A DNA stretch of 64,000 nt from Opitutaceae bacterium (GTDB lineage: Bacteria; Verrucomicrobiota; Verrucomicrobiia; Opitutales; Opitutaceae): positions 3,739-67,738 of the forward strand of contig JAUYAK010000005.1 of NCBI GenBank assembly GCA_030693515.1. Reading direction: 5' to 3'. The notes beneath the pieces were generated by a model that was not told the origin of the DNA, did not search any database, and saw only the letters and a program-made list of their open reading frames with translations. Position 1 is the stretch's first letter. Every line of letters begins with the position of its first letter. Position numbers and translations under genes: made by a program. Positions 48,754 through 58,201 of this stretch are shown piece after piece.

Positions 48754-48893
48754 CCGGAGCGTTGGTAGTGGTATAGTTTGGAAACGAATAACTGCCGGGT
48801 AGGCAGCGAGCTTGCTCGCGCCCGTCCATTCAACACTGAGCGCCCGCAAGCGGGCTGCCTACGAAATTCAAACTATACCACGACCGGAGCGTT
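48754..48893. mobile_element. MITE-like element (~120 bp) with 15-bp terminal inverted repeats and 10-bp flanking direct repeats
   Basis: Direct repeat CCGGAGCGTT at 48754-48763 and 48884-48893. TIRs are TAGTGGTATAGTTTG (48766-48780) and CAAACTATACCACGA (48869-48883), 14/15 complementary. Two inverted REP-like units lie inside (GTAGGCAGCGAGCTTGCTCGCGCC and GCGCCCGCAAGCGGGCTGCCTAC). Confidence 0.7.
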
Positions 48894-48921
48894 TGACGGC
48901 AAATGCCACGCCTGTCCCCGC

Positions 48922-51861
48922 TCAGTGGTCGCTTTTGAGAAACCCGATCAGGTTCGCGAGCTCGTCGCCAGTCATCGTCTGTTCGAGTCCGTCGGGCATG
49001 ACGGATAATCCCGAAGCCGTGAGAGCCGCCACGTTCGCGCGCAGGACGGTTTCCTCCGTGCCGGCGGCGGTGCGGAGCGTGAGGCTGCTCTCCGTCTCCG
49101 CCGCGAGCCAGCCCGCGAGCGTGCGACCGTCCTGCGTCGTCACGGTGGTCATCTGGTAGCTGGGCGCGACCTCGTAGTTGGGCACGATGATGTGCAGCAG
49201 AATCGCATCGGCCGGCTGATGGCGCAGCCCGGAGAGATCGGGGCCGACCAGGCTGCCCTGGCCGCGAAACGTGTGGCAAGCCGCGCAGGCCCGCGCAAAG
49301 GCCGCGCGCCCGCTCGCGACGTCCGTGCCGGGCACGAAGCCCGTCCGCAGGCGCTGATAAACCTTCATGCGATCGCCGGCCTCGACTTGCTGGAAGATCG
49401 CCTCGGCGGCTTTCCGCATCGCGGCGTCGCTGTGCTTGAGCAATTGCGCGCGCCGCGTGGACGAGATTTCCAACGGCGACACCGTGCCACCCTTGATCGC
49501 GGCAAACAGCACGGCGGTCAGCGCGGGTTTCGCCGCAAGCGCGGCGACAGCGGCCTCGCGCACCGGCGGCGTGTAGCGCGGCCAGTTTTCCTGCGCCATC
49601 AGCAGCTCCGCCCCGCGCGGATCACCGATGCGTTCAATCGCGCGGATCGCCTGCTGCTGGATTTCTGGCGACTGCCGCGCGTCGAGAGCGCGGCCGAGGG
49701 CTTGGCCGGCCGTCGCGATCGTGCCATAGCCAAGGAGTGCGAGCGCCGCGACTCGATCCGCCTTTGATGCGCGCTCGTCCATCGCGCGATGAGCCGCCGC
49801 CTCGTGCAGCGCCGCGAGGGCCGCGGAGTCGCCGTCACGCAAAAGGGAATTGAGCGAGAACTTCGGTGCACTCCGCACGCGCAGCCCCTCCGCCAACCCG
49901 AGCACGGCGGCGATCCGGCCCCCGATCGCGGTGCCCTCGTGCAGCGCCGGGGCCACAAATTCCCGACAATCCTCGGCGCTCGCGCCGACGCCGAAAACGC
50001 GCCCGAGCTGCTCCATCATTATGGCGAAATTCGCCGGACTCGACTCGTCGTGTTGCCGAAGTGCCGCCAAAAACTCCCGGAGGCGGCCGCCGATTCCGCT
50101 CAGCACCGCCGCCCGGGCCCAGCGATCCGCGCCGTCGCGCAACGCCACGTCCGCCAGCGCAGAGGTCGCTGCCGGGCCAGCGTGGCTGTCGACCGCCAGG
50201 GCCGCCACGAACCGCACGCGCGCATCGGAATCGGCCGTCGCGGCCAGCACGGCGTCCTTCAACCCGCTGGCGGAGTCGCGGTGCTCGGCGGCGAGCAGCA
50301 CACCTTGCTCACGCACTCGCGCATCGCCGTCGCGCAGCGCCGTGACGAGGTTCGCGGGGGATAACTTCCCAAGGCCGCGCAAAGTCCACAGCGCGCGGGT
50401 GCGCACCGCGGCGGTTTTCCCCCGCTCCGCGAGCACCGTGAGCGCGGGCGCGAGTTCCTGCGTCTGCCGATCGACGATCAGGCGCTGCGCCCGCGCCCGC
50501 CACCATTCACCCTCCGCCTCCAGCCCCGCCACGAGATCGTCGGACGCGGGCAGGTTCAGTTGAAGACGTGGTTCGTCGCGCACGATGCGCCAGATGCGGC
50601 CGCGATCCTTGCCTGACTCGAAATCGAGCAGGCCGCGCGATCCCTCCGGCACATAGCGCGGGTGATCGATTTCGCGGCGATACATGTCGGCGACGTAGAG
50701 GGCGCCGTCGGGGCCCTCCCCGGCAAAGACCGGGCGAAACCACACATCGGTCGAGGCGAGAAATTCGCGGCCACCTTCAATCCGTGCGTCCGAACGAAAC
50801 GACGCTCCCTCGACGCGCAGAGTCTGCCGCTGCACGAGATTCTGCGCGGGCTCGCAGACAAACACGTCGCCGACATGCGCGGCCATGAGTCCCGTGCCGC
50901 CGAAAATCACGAGCCCACACGCCGAGGTGAAGGTGCCCGTGTGCGGCGCGCCCATCAGCTTCGGGATGAAGTCCGCCGTGATCGACGCGCGGCTGATCGG
51001 GAGCACCTTGGCCTCGGCCTGCACCTTGGAGACTTCCTGCATCGTCTCGCTGAACGCGAAATTCGGGTTCCGCAGGTGCCACGGCTCGAGCACCACGTGC
51101 AGGATCGGCCGGCGGTTGTCGGTCACGAAGCGCCGCCCAAAGGCATCGAAGGCCAATCCGAACTGCCCGCGGCCACCGGTCTTCTCGTAGATCAGCGTCT
51201 CAGGGTCGAAGCGGCCATCCTGCGCGGTGAAAACGACCGGCGCGCGCTCGGGATGCAGCGGCGAGGTGACCTTGCCGCCGTTGAGGCCGCCGGTGACGTA
51301 GATTTTTCCGTCGAGGCCGAGCGTGGGATGGCTCACCCGGATTTGCGCGGTTTTGGAAATGTCGAACCCCGTCAGCACCACGCGCCGTTCGTCGGCGACG
51401 CCATCGCCATCCGTGTCTTTTAAATAGAGAATGTCGGGGGCCGCGGTGACAAACATCCCGCCGCGCCACAACGCGAGGCCGTTCACCAAGCCGAGGCCGG
51501 TCGCGAATTCGGTCCGCCGATCCATGCGCCCGTCACCGTCGGTGTCTTCGAGCAGGGCGATGCGCCCCGCCGTCGATTCGACGCTCCCCTCCTGCGCATC
51601 GGGATAGCCGCGATTCTCGACGACAAACATCCGGCCCGGCCCGTCGAACGCGAAGGCCACCGGGTCCACCGTGAGCGGCTCGGCGGCGACGAGTTCCACG
51701 CGCAGGCCCGCCTCGACACGAAACGCCGCGAGCGCCTGCTCCGGCGCGAGCGCAGGGTGCCGGTCCGCCGCCAAAAGCGCCGCCCCGCTCCCGCCAGCGC
51801 CCAGCGCGCACGCCATGCGCATCGTCCGGGACGCGATCGCAAAGCGTGTGGCCAGCTTCAT
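48922..51861 (-). CDS. PVC-type heme-binding CxxCH protein (membrane-bound-dehydrogenase-like beta-propeller + HEAT repeats + C-terminal cytochrome c)
   Basis: ATG at 51861 with a signal peptide. VDPVAFAFDGPGRMFVVENRGYPD, GDGVADE-type motifs, HEAT-like helical repeats, and a C-terminal heme site CAACH followed by GPDLSG. Confidence 0.85.
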   Translation of the reverse strand: MKLATRFAIASRTMRMACALGAGGSGAALLAADRHPALAPEQALAAFRVEAGLRVELVAAEPLTVDPVAFAFDGPGRMFVVENRGYPDAQEGSVESTAGRIALLEDTDGDGRMDRRTEFATGLGLVNGLALWRGGMFVTAAPDILYLKDTDGDGVADERRVVLTGFDISKTAQIRVSHPTLGLDGKIYVTGGLNGGKVTSPLHPERAPVVFTAQDGRFDPETLIYEKTGGRGQFGLAFDAFGRRFVTDNRRPILHVVLEPWHLRNPNFAFSETMQEVSKVQAEAKVLPISRASITADFIPKLMGAPHTGTFTSACGLVIFGGTGLMAAHVGDVFVCEPAQNLVQRQTLRVEGASFRSDARIEGGREFLASTDVWFRPVFAGEGPDGALYVADMYRREIDHPRYVPEGSRGLLDFESGKDRGRIWRIVRDEPRLQLNLPASDDLVAGLEAEGEWWRARAQRLIVDRQTQELAPALTVLAERGKTAAVRTRALWTLRGLGKLSPANLVTALRDGDARVREQGVLLAAEHRDSASGLKDAVLAATADSDARVRFVAALAVDSHAGPAATSALADVALRDGADRWARAAVLSGIGGRLREFLAALRQHDESSPANFAIMMEQLGRVFGVGASAEDCREFVAPALHEGTAIGGRIAAVLGLAEGLRVRSAPKFSLNSLLRDGDSAALAALHEAAAHRAMDERASKADRVAALALLGYGTIATAGQALGRALDARQSPEIQQQAIRAIERIGDPRGAELLMAQENWPRYTPPVREAAVAALAAKPALTAVLFAAIKGGTVSPLEISSTRRAQLLKHSDAAMRKAAEAIFQQVEAGDRMKVYQRLRTGFVPGTDVASGRAAFARACAACHTFRGQGSLVGPDLSGLRHQPADAILLHIIVPNYEVAPSYQMTTVTTQDGRTLAGWLAAETESSLTLRTAAGTEETVLRANVAALTASGLSVMPDGLEQTMTGDELANLIGFLKSDH

Positions 51862-51923
51862 CCTCCCGGGATGGAGGCGGGGTTCATCCGTGGCAACCAC
51901 AGCCGACTGCGTTTGCCCGGAGC

Positions 51924-52961
51924 TTATCTCAGCTCCGCCTTGAGCCGCTGCGCGACCGCCCGGGAAAATTGATCCGCCCCCGCAGCGTTCAGGTGCTGCG
52001 AATTGTAGAAATTGGCCGTGCTCTGGCAGAGTGGCGATTCGCTGAAATCCCAGAAGTCCGCGCCAAACCGGGCCGCCAGCGTGCGGAACTTGGCAAAGAT
52101 CTCGGCGCGATTTTTCAGGAGCGCCTGCGACTCGGCATACTCCGGCGAATAGCAGAGGATCGCGCGGATGCCCTGCTCCTGGCAGAGGCGCAGCACGTCC
52201 TCGATGGCCGTGACGCCGGCGGGATCGATCCGGCGCGCGACGCCGCTGTCCTTCAGGTTTTTCCGGTAGGCCTCGAAATCCTCCGTCCAGCTGAGCTGCC
52301 GCGGATTGAAGCCGAGGAAATGATCTTCGCGCGGCATCACGCCCACCCAGGCGGCGGCGGCGCGCGCCCAGTTGAAATTCATGTCCTCGACCGCGTAGCC
52401 ATAGAGCGGGATGCGCCGCCATTTCCAGACCTCCGGGTTGATGGCCGTGAGCGCCCGGTAGAGCTCCGGTTCGTGCAGATAGGGCACGAACATCGCCGGA
52501 TCGTAGATGGCCTCCTGGCCGGTGACCTCGAACGAAAAGCCCTCGAGGTTCTGGATGAGCACCGCGGGCTTCTTGTTATGGCGGAGGTAGGTCTTGAGCA
52601 CCGCGACCTGGAGATCGATGAGCCCGCCGTTGAGCCCGAGGTTGTAGGCGCTGCGGCCCGTCGCCTCCTGAATCACGCGGGGATCGTAGTGCACGAGCGC
52701 GCGCGAGGAGCCGTTGATGATAATCTCGGCGTTGACCTGACCGTTCACCACGCGGTTGAACGAGCCGTATTTCGAGGTCTTGATGCGCCGCAGCCCCGCG
52801 TTGAAGAACGCATCGAGCACAAAGGCAATCACCGCCATGAGCGCAAAAAAGCCGAGGATTTTGCCGAGGCCGCGGAAATTGTTCGGCTGATCGCGCATGA
52901 CCGGCGGGGCTTCGGGCAGGGTGACGCCATCGGCGGGCGGGGTGGGCGGTGATTCGGCCAT
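51924..52961 (-). CDS. hypothetical membrane-anchored protein (SGNH/DltD-like fold suspected)
   Basis: One N-terminal TM (LGKILGFFALMAVIAFVLDAFF). The NGSSRALVHYDP block resembles the GSS(R/E) motif of DltD/DUF1574-like proteins. ATG at 52961. Confidence 0.6.
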   Translation of the reverse strand: MAESPPTPPADGVTLPEAPPVMRDQPNNFRGLGKILGFFALMAVIAFVLDAFFNAGLRRIKTSKYGSFNRVVNGQVNAEIIINGSSRALVHYDPRVIQEATGRSAYNLGLNGGLIDLQVAVLKTYLRHNKKPAVLIQNLEGFSFEVTGQEAIYDPAMFVPYLHEPELYRALTAINPEVWKWRRIPLYGYAVEDMNFNWARAAAAWVGVMPREDHFLGFNPRQLSWTEDFEAYRKNLKDSGVARRIDPAGVTAIEDVLRLCQEQGIRAILCYSPEYAESQALLKNRAEIFAKFRTLAARFGADFWDFSESPLCQSTANFYNSQHLNAAGADQFSRAVAQRLKAELR

Positions 52962-53037
52962 TTTGCGGTGGAAAGCAGCGTCAACGGCCAGGCTTGGCAA
53001 TTCTTGAGTTGCGGAAGCGGGCCCTGATAGTCGCGCG

Positions 53038-55266
53038 GTGCTGCGTCCCATCTTCGCTTCCGCCCGGTTTACCCTTCTCACTGCGCTCGCCATTATGGTC
53101 GGCGGCCTCGCGATCGAGTGGTTGGCGAGTTCGCTCCTTTCGCTGGGTCATGCGCTTCTGCTCCAGGCGGGCATGATGAGTGTCGATCCCGAGGAATTCA
53201 TCGCGGCCACAGCCCTCCAGGGCATCGTCGCCAAGCTCGTCGCGGCGGCCGCCATTGTCGCGCTGGCGCTGTATCGTCTTCGCGAGCGTCCGCGCGATCT
53301 GGGGCGGCTCGGGTTTGGTTCGTGGGTCCTGCCGCTGGCGCTGCCGCCGATCATAGCCGGCACGATCATCGCGTTGTCGGAGGTTGATAATATGATGCGC
53401 GCGCTGCTCAGCGAGGACACGCTCACCTGGCTGAATTTCTCGCCGTCGCTGGATCAAGTCGTGGAAGCCTCATGGCAGGGTCCTTTGCTCGCCATCGTGA
53501 TTGCCCCCGTGACGGAGGAAATCGTGTTTCGCGGCCTGATTTTGCGCGGGTTGCTGGCGCGCTGGCGTCCGTGGCCGGCGATTGTTCTGTCGTCTGTGCT
53601 GTTCGGCGTGATGCATCTTAACCCGGCCCAGTTGCCCGTCGCGCTGCTCATCGGCGGCCTCCTCGGCTGGATTTATGTGCGCACGCGTTCGCTCGGCCTC
53701 TGTATTGCCGGGCACGCGCTCAACAACGCGTCGAGCTACCTGCCAGGCGAGGCTTTTGCCTTTCAAGTGCGGGGTTTCAACTTTGTGCCGGATGAGGCGG
53801 CGACCGGAGCGATTTTCCACCCTTGGTGGTTTGATGGCTTGGGCCTCGCGCTCGTCGGGCTCGGCTGCTGGGTCATCCATCGGTTTGCACCGATCGATGG
53901 GCCGTGGCGCGTGCCTCCGGTGGTGGAGCCGCCTCCCTTGCCGACAAAAACGTTTTGCGAACCGCCGGTTTTGGCCGACGCTGGCACTTCCATGGCCTCG
54001 GAACTCACCGCGCTCGTCACCGCCCTCGCCCAACGCGCCCGCGCCGCGTCGCTCGTGCTGGCGACCGCACCGCGCGCCAAGAAAGACATCGCCCTCACCG
54101 CGCTCGCCGATCTGATCGACGCGTCGCACGCCGTCCTGATGGACGCCAACGCCCAGGACCTCGCGTCGCCCGAGGCCGCTGCGCTCACCGCCGCCGCGCG
54201 CGATCGGCTCACGCTGGACGAAAAGCGCCTGCGCCATCTCGCCGCCTCGGTGCGCGAGGTCGTGGCGTTGCCCGATCCCGTCGGCACGCTGCTCGAGGAA
54301 ATCACCCGGCCCAACGGCCTCCGCATCCGCAAGGTCCGGGTGCCAATCGGCGTCATCGGCATTGTCTATGAGTCGCGGCCCAACGTGACGGTGGACTGCG
54401 CCATCCTCTGCCTGAAGAGCGGCAACGCCTCGATCCTGCGCGGCGGCAAGGAGTGTTTCCACACCAACACTGCCCTCGCCGCGCTCATCCGGCGCGCCCT
54501 CGAGGCCGCGGGACTGCCCGCCGATGCCGTGCAGCTCGTGCCCACGACTGATCGCGCGGCGCTCACCGCCCTGCTCAAGCTCGACGCGCTCATCCACTGC
54601 ATCATCCCGCGCGGCGGCGAGAGCCTGATCCGCCACGTGGCGGAGAACTCCACGATTCCCGTCATCAAGCATTTCAAGGGCGTGTGCTTCATCTATGCCG
54701 ACCAAGCCGCCGACCTCGCGATGGCCGAGGCGATCACGCTCAACGCCAAGGTGCAGCGCCCCAGCGCCTGCAACGCCGCCGAGCAGCTCCTCGTGCATCG
54801 CGCCGTCGCGGAAAAATTCCTTCCCTCGGTCGCGCGCGCCCTCGTCGCGAAAAACGTCCAGCTCCGCTGCGACGCCGCGAGCGCCGCCATCCTTGCCCGC
54901 GCCGGTGTCGCCACCACGCCGGCCGCGCCCGCGGACTTCACGGCCGAGTTCCTCGATTACGTGATTGCCGTGCGGGTCGTCGATTCGCTCGACGCCGCCA
55001 TCGCGACGATCAACCGCGACAGCTCCAACCACAGCGACGCCATCGTGACGGCCGATGCGGCGGCCGCGCGACGGTTCCTCGCCGAGGTGGACAGCGCCAC
55101 CGTCTATTGGAACGCCAGCACGCGCTTCACCGATGGCTACGAGTTTGGCTACGGCGCCGAGATCGGCATCAGCACGGACCGGCTGCATGCGCGCGGCCCG
55201 ATGGGCCTGCCGGAGCTGTGCAGCTACAAATTCCTGATCGAGGGCACGGGCCAGGTGCGGGGTTGA
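53038..55266 (+). CDS. proA: single ORF fusing a CPBP (CAAX-type) intramembrane protease domain to gamma-glutamyl phosphate reductase
   Basis: aa 1-~300 hold the CPBP motifs (TEEIVFRG, FGVMHL, HALNN) within TM helices. aa ~319-742 are full-length ProA (internal ATG at 53992; ...GVIGIVYESRPNVT..., ...NASTRFTDG...). There is no stop between the two parts. The ORF start is GTG at 53038 (alternative ATG at 53095). Confidence 0.75.
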   Translation: MLRPIFASARFTLLTALAIMVGGLAIEWLASSLLSLGHALLLQAGMMSVDPEEFIAATALQGIVAKLVAAAAIVALALYRLRERPRDLGRLGFGSWVLPLALPPIIAGTIIALSEVDNMMRALLSEDTLTWLNFSPSLDQVVEASWQGPLLAIVIAPVTEEIVFRGLILRGLLARWRPWPAIVLSSVLFGVMHLNPAQLPVALLIGGLLGWIYVRTRSLGLCIAGHALNNASSYLPGEAFAFQVRGFNFVPDEAATGAIFHPWWFDGLGLALVGLGCWVIHRFAPIDGPWRVPPVVEPPPLPTKTFCEPPVLADAGTSMASELTALVTALAQRARAASLVLATAPRAKKDIALTALADLIDASHAVLMDANAQDLASPEAAALTAAARDRLTLDEKRLRHLAASVREVVALPDPVGTLLEEITRPNGLRIRKVRVPIGVIGIVYESRPNVTVDCAILCLKSGNASILRGGKECFHTNTALAALIRRALEAAGLPADAVQLVPTTDRAALTALLKLDALIHCIIPRGGESLIRHVAENSTIPVIKHFKGVCFIYADQAADLAMAEAITLNAKVQRPSACNAAEQLLVHRAVAEKFLPSVARALVAKNVQLRCDAASAAILARAGVATTPAAPADFTAEFLDYVIAVRVVDSLDAAIATINRDSSNHSDAIVTADAAAARRFLAEVDSATVYWNASTRFTDGYEFGYGAEIGISTDRLHARGPMGLPELCSYKFLIEGTGQVRG

Positions 55267-55352
55267 ATTTTTGTTCGCCACGTCCGGCCCCGTCGTTCGT
55301 CTTTTGCGTTGTCGTCAGTCTGCCCCGTCCGATTTTCACCCTTCCCCGAACC

Positions 55353-55838
55353 ATGAAATACACGCTGAACGTTAACGGCCAGTCCCGCACCGTGGACGTG
55401 GCGCCGGAGACCCCGATGTTGTGGGTGCTCCGTGATGCCCTCGAACTTGTCGGCACCAAATACGGCTGCGGCGTCGGACAGTGCGGCGCGTGCACCATCC
55501 ATCTCAACGGCGTGCCGACGCGCGCGTGCATGACGCCCGTCTCCACCGTTGGCCGCATGAAGGTCACGACCATCGAGGGCCTCGCGCCCTCGCCCACCAA
55601 GCTGCACCCGGTGCAGCAGGCGTGGTGCGATCTCGATGTCGCGCAATGCGGCTACTGCCAAGCCGGCCAGATCATGACGGCGGCGGCGCTGTTGAAGGAC
55701 AACCCCAAGCCGACCGATGATGACATCGACGGCGCCATGGCGGGCAACATCTGCCGTTGCGCGACCTACACCCGCATCCGCCAAGGCATCAAGCACGCCG
55801 CCGGCCTCACCGCCGGCGGGAAGGAGGTGGCACAATGA
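55353..55838 (+). CDS. (2Fe-2S)-binding small subunit of an aldehyde-oxidase/IorA-type molybdoenzyme
   Basis: Cysteine clusters GCGVGQCGACT and CGYCQ...CRC. 161 aa. ATG at 55353. Confidence 0.9.
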   Translation: MKYTLNVNGQSRTVDVAPETPMLWVLRDALELVGTKYGCGVGQCGACTIHLNGVPTRACMTPVSTVGRMKVTTIEGLAPSPTKLHPVQQAWCDLDVAQCGYCQAGQIMTAAALLKDNPKPTDDDIDGAMAGNICRCATYTRIRQGIKHAAGLTAGGKEVAQ

Positions 55839-58066
55839 ACACGCCCGTCCTTTCGGCTCCGACCTCGCGCCGCAATTTCCTCAAGCTCACCGGCCTCGCC
55901 GGCGGCGGCTTCGCGCTCGCCTTCTACATCCGCTCCGGCGGACAGGCCTCCGCCGCCACCGCGGCCGGCGGTGATTTTTCGCCCAACGCCTTCATCCGCA
56001 TCGCGCCTTCGGGCGTCGTGACGATCGTGTCCAAGCAGCCCGAGATGGGCCAGGGCGTGATGACCTCGCTGCCCATGATCATCGCCGAGCAGCTCGAGGT
56101 GCCGTGGAAGAGCGTGAGCATCGAGCAGGGCGATTTCGACACCGCCAAATACGGCGCGCAGAGCGCCGGCGGCAGCAACTCGACGCCGAACAATTACGAC
56201 AACTTCCACCTGCTCGGCGCCACCGCGCGCACGATGCTCGTCGAGGCCGCCGCGCAGACGTGGGGCGTGCCCGCCGCGGAATGCCGCGCGGAAAACGCGA
56301 CCGTCATCCACTCCTCCGGCAAGAAACTCACCTACGGCCAGCTCGCGGCGAAGGCCGCCACCCTCCCCGTCCCCGCCAAGGACGCCGTGAAGCTGAAGGA
56401 GCCGAAGGATTTCAAGCTCGTCGGGACCCGCGTCCCGCAGGTGGACAGCGTGAAGATCGCCACCGGCCAAGCGCTCTTCGGCTCCGACATCAAGCTGCCT
56501 GGGATGAGCTATGCCGTTTACGAGAAATGCCCCGTCTTCGGCGGCAAAGTCGTCAGCGCCAACGTCGACCAAATCAAGACGCTGCCCGGCGTGAAAGACG
56601 CCTTCGTGCTCGAAGGCACCACCGACGTGAAGGGCCTCATGCCCGGCGTCGCGATCATCGCCGATTCGACGTGGTCCGCGTTCAGCGCGCGCCGTCAGCT
56701 CAAGATCACCTGGGACGAGGGCAAGGTCGCCGAACAAAGCTGGGACGGCTACGTTGCCAAGGCCCGCGCCGACGCCGCCAAACCCGGTGCCCGCACGCTG
56801 CGCAAAGACGGCGATGTCGAAAGCGCGCTCAAGGGCGCCGCCAAGGTCGTAGAGGCCGAATACCTCTACCCCTTCATCTCGCACGCCAACCTCGAGCCGC
56901 AAACCACCACCGCGCACTGGAAAGACGGCAAGCTCGAGCTGTGGTCGCCGACCCAGATTCCCACCATCGCGGCCACGATGCTCAAGAACGTGCTCAAACT
57001 TGAAACCAAGGATTTCACGCTCCACATCATCCGCGCCGGCGGCGGCTTCGGCCGCCGCATCAGCGTGGACTACCTCATCGAGGCCGCGGCCATCGCGCAG
57101 AAAGTCAGCGGTCCGGTGAAACTCACCTGGAGCCGCGAGGATGACCTCCGCCACGACCATTACCGGCCGGGCGGGCTGCATTTCCTCAAGGGCGGCGTCG
57201 ATGCGCAGGGCAAAGTCGTCGCGTGGAAGAACCATTTCTTCACCTTCGGCCAGGGCGGCAACCCCGGCAGCGGTGGCAACCTCAGCGGCGACGAATTCCC
57301 CGGCCGCTGGATCGCCAACTACCACGCGGAGCAGACGATGTTCGACACCGGCTGGCCGATGGGCCCGTGGCGCTCCCCGGGCAGCTGTGTCTTCGCGTGG
57401 GTCTTCCATTCGTTCATCGACGAGCTCGCCCACGCCGGCGGCCGCGATCCGCTCGAGCTGCGGCTCGAAATCCTCGGCGACAAGAACGAGATGCCCGCGG
57501 GTGGCGGCGGCGCGCAGGGCAAAAGCGGCGGTGCGCCCTACAACACGGCGCGCATGCGCAACGTGCTCAAGTTCGCCGCCGAAAAAGCCGGCTGGGGAAA
57601 GAAGAAATTCGCCAAAGGCTCCGGCGCCGGCCTCTCGTTTCACTTCAGCCACCGCGGCTACTTTGCGCAGGTGGCCGAGGTCACGGTGTCGAAGGACGGC
57701 CGGCTCAAGGTGGACCGCGTCGTCTGCGGCGTCGATGTCGGCGCCCAGATCGTGAATCCCAGCGGCGCGGAGCAGCAGGTCGAGGGCTCCATCGTGGACG
57801 GCCTCGGCGTGCTGATGACGCAGGAGCTGAACATCGATCGGGGCCGCGTCGTGCAGAGCAATTTCCACGACTACCCGCTGATCCGCATCACGGATTCGCC
57901 GACCAAGATCGAGACGCATTTCCTCAAGACCAACTATCCCACCACCGGCATGGGCGAGCCCGCCCTGCCCCCGGCCGCACCGGCCATCTGCAACGCGATC
58001 TTCGCCGCCACCGGCAAACGCGTCCGCCAGATGCCGCTCACGCGGACTGATCTCCGCTGGAGCTGA
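55835..58066 (+). CDS. molybdopterin-dependent oxidoreductase large subunit (IorB/aldehyde-oxidase family), Tat signal
   Basis: ATGA overlap with the small subunit. AAGGAGG lies 6 nt upstream. Twin-arginine signal SRRNFLKLTG. 743 aa. Confidence 0.88.
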   Translation: MNTPVLSAPTSRRNFLKLTGLAGGGFALAFYIRSGGQASAATAAGGDFSPNAFIRIAPSGVVTIVSKQPEMGQGVMTSLPMIIAEQLEVPWKSVSIEQGDFDTAKYGAQSAGGSNSTPNNYDNFHLLGATARTMLVEAAAQTWGVPAAECRAENATVIHSSGKKLTYGQLAAKAATLPVPAKDAVKLKEPKDFKLVGTRVPQVDSVKIATGQALFGSDIKLPGMSYAVYEKCPVFGGKVVSANVDQIKTLPGVKDAFVLEGTTDVKGLMPGVAIIADSTWSAFSARRQLKITWDEGKVAEQSWDGYVAKARADAAKPGARTLRKDGDVESALKGAAKVVEAEYLYPFISHANLEPQTTTAHWKDGKLELWSPTQIPTIAATMLKNVLKLETKDFTLHIIRAGGGFGRRISVDYLIEAAAIAQKVSGPVKLTWSREDDLRHDHYRPGGLHFLKGGVDAQGKVVAWKNHFFTFGQGGNPGSGGNLSGDEFPGRWIANYHAEQTMFDTGWPMGPWRSPGSCVFAWVFHSFIDELAHAGGRDPLELRLEILGDKNEMPAGGGGAQGKSGGAPYNTARMRNVLKFAAEKAGWGKKKFAKGSGAGLSFHFSHRGYFAQVAEVTVSKDGRLKVDRVVCGVDVGAQIVNPSGAEQQVEGSIVDGLGVLMTQELNIDRGRVVQSNFHDYPLIRITDSPTKIETHFLKTNYPTTGMGEPALPPAAPAICNAIFAATGKRVRQMPLTRTDLRWS

Positions 58067-58095
58067 GCGCGAGACGGGGACCCTGTTCCCAAAGC

Positions 58096-58129
58096 AAAAA
58101 GGCGGCTCAACGAGCCGCCTTTTTTGTTT
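58096..58129 (+). terminator. Rho-independent terminator after the molybdoenzyme operon
   Basis: AAAAA-GGCGGCTC-aac-GAGCCGCC-TTTTTTGTTT: a perfect 8-bp GC-rich stem and 3-nt loop with a T-tract. The upstream A-tract makes it potentially bidirectional. Confidence 0.85.
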
Positions 58130-58201
58130 CGCCGCTGTGGCCTGCGACCGCGGAATGCGGCTCGCGCGGCCGGCGTTTATTTGCGTCGCTGCGCACCGCC
58201 G

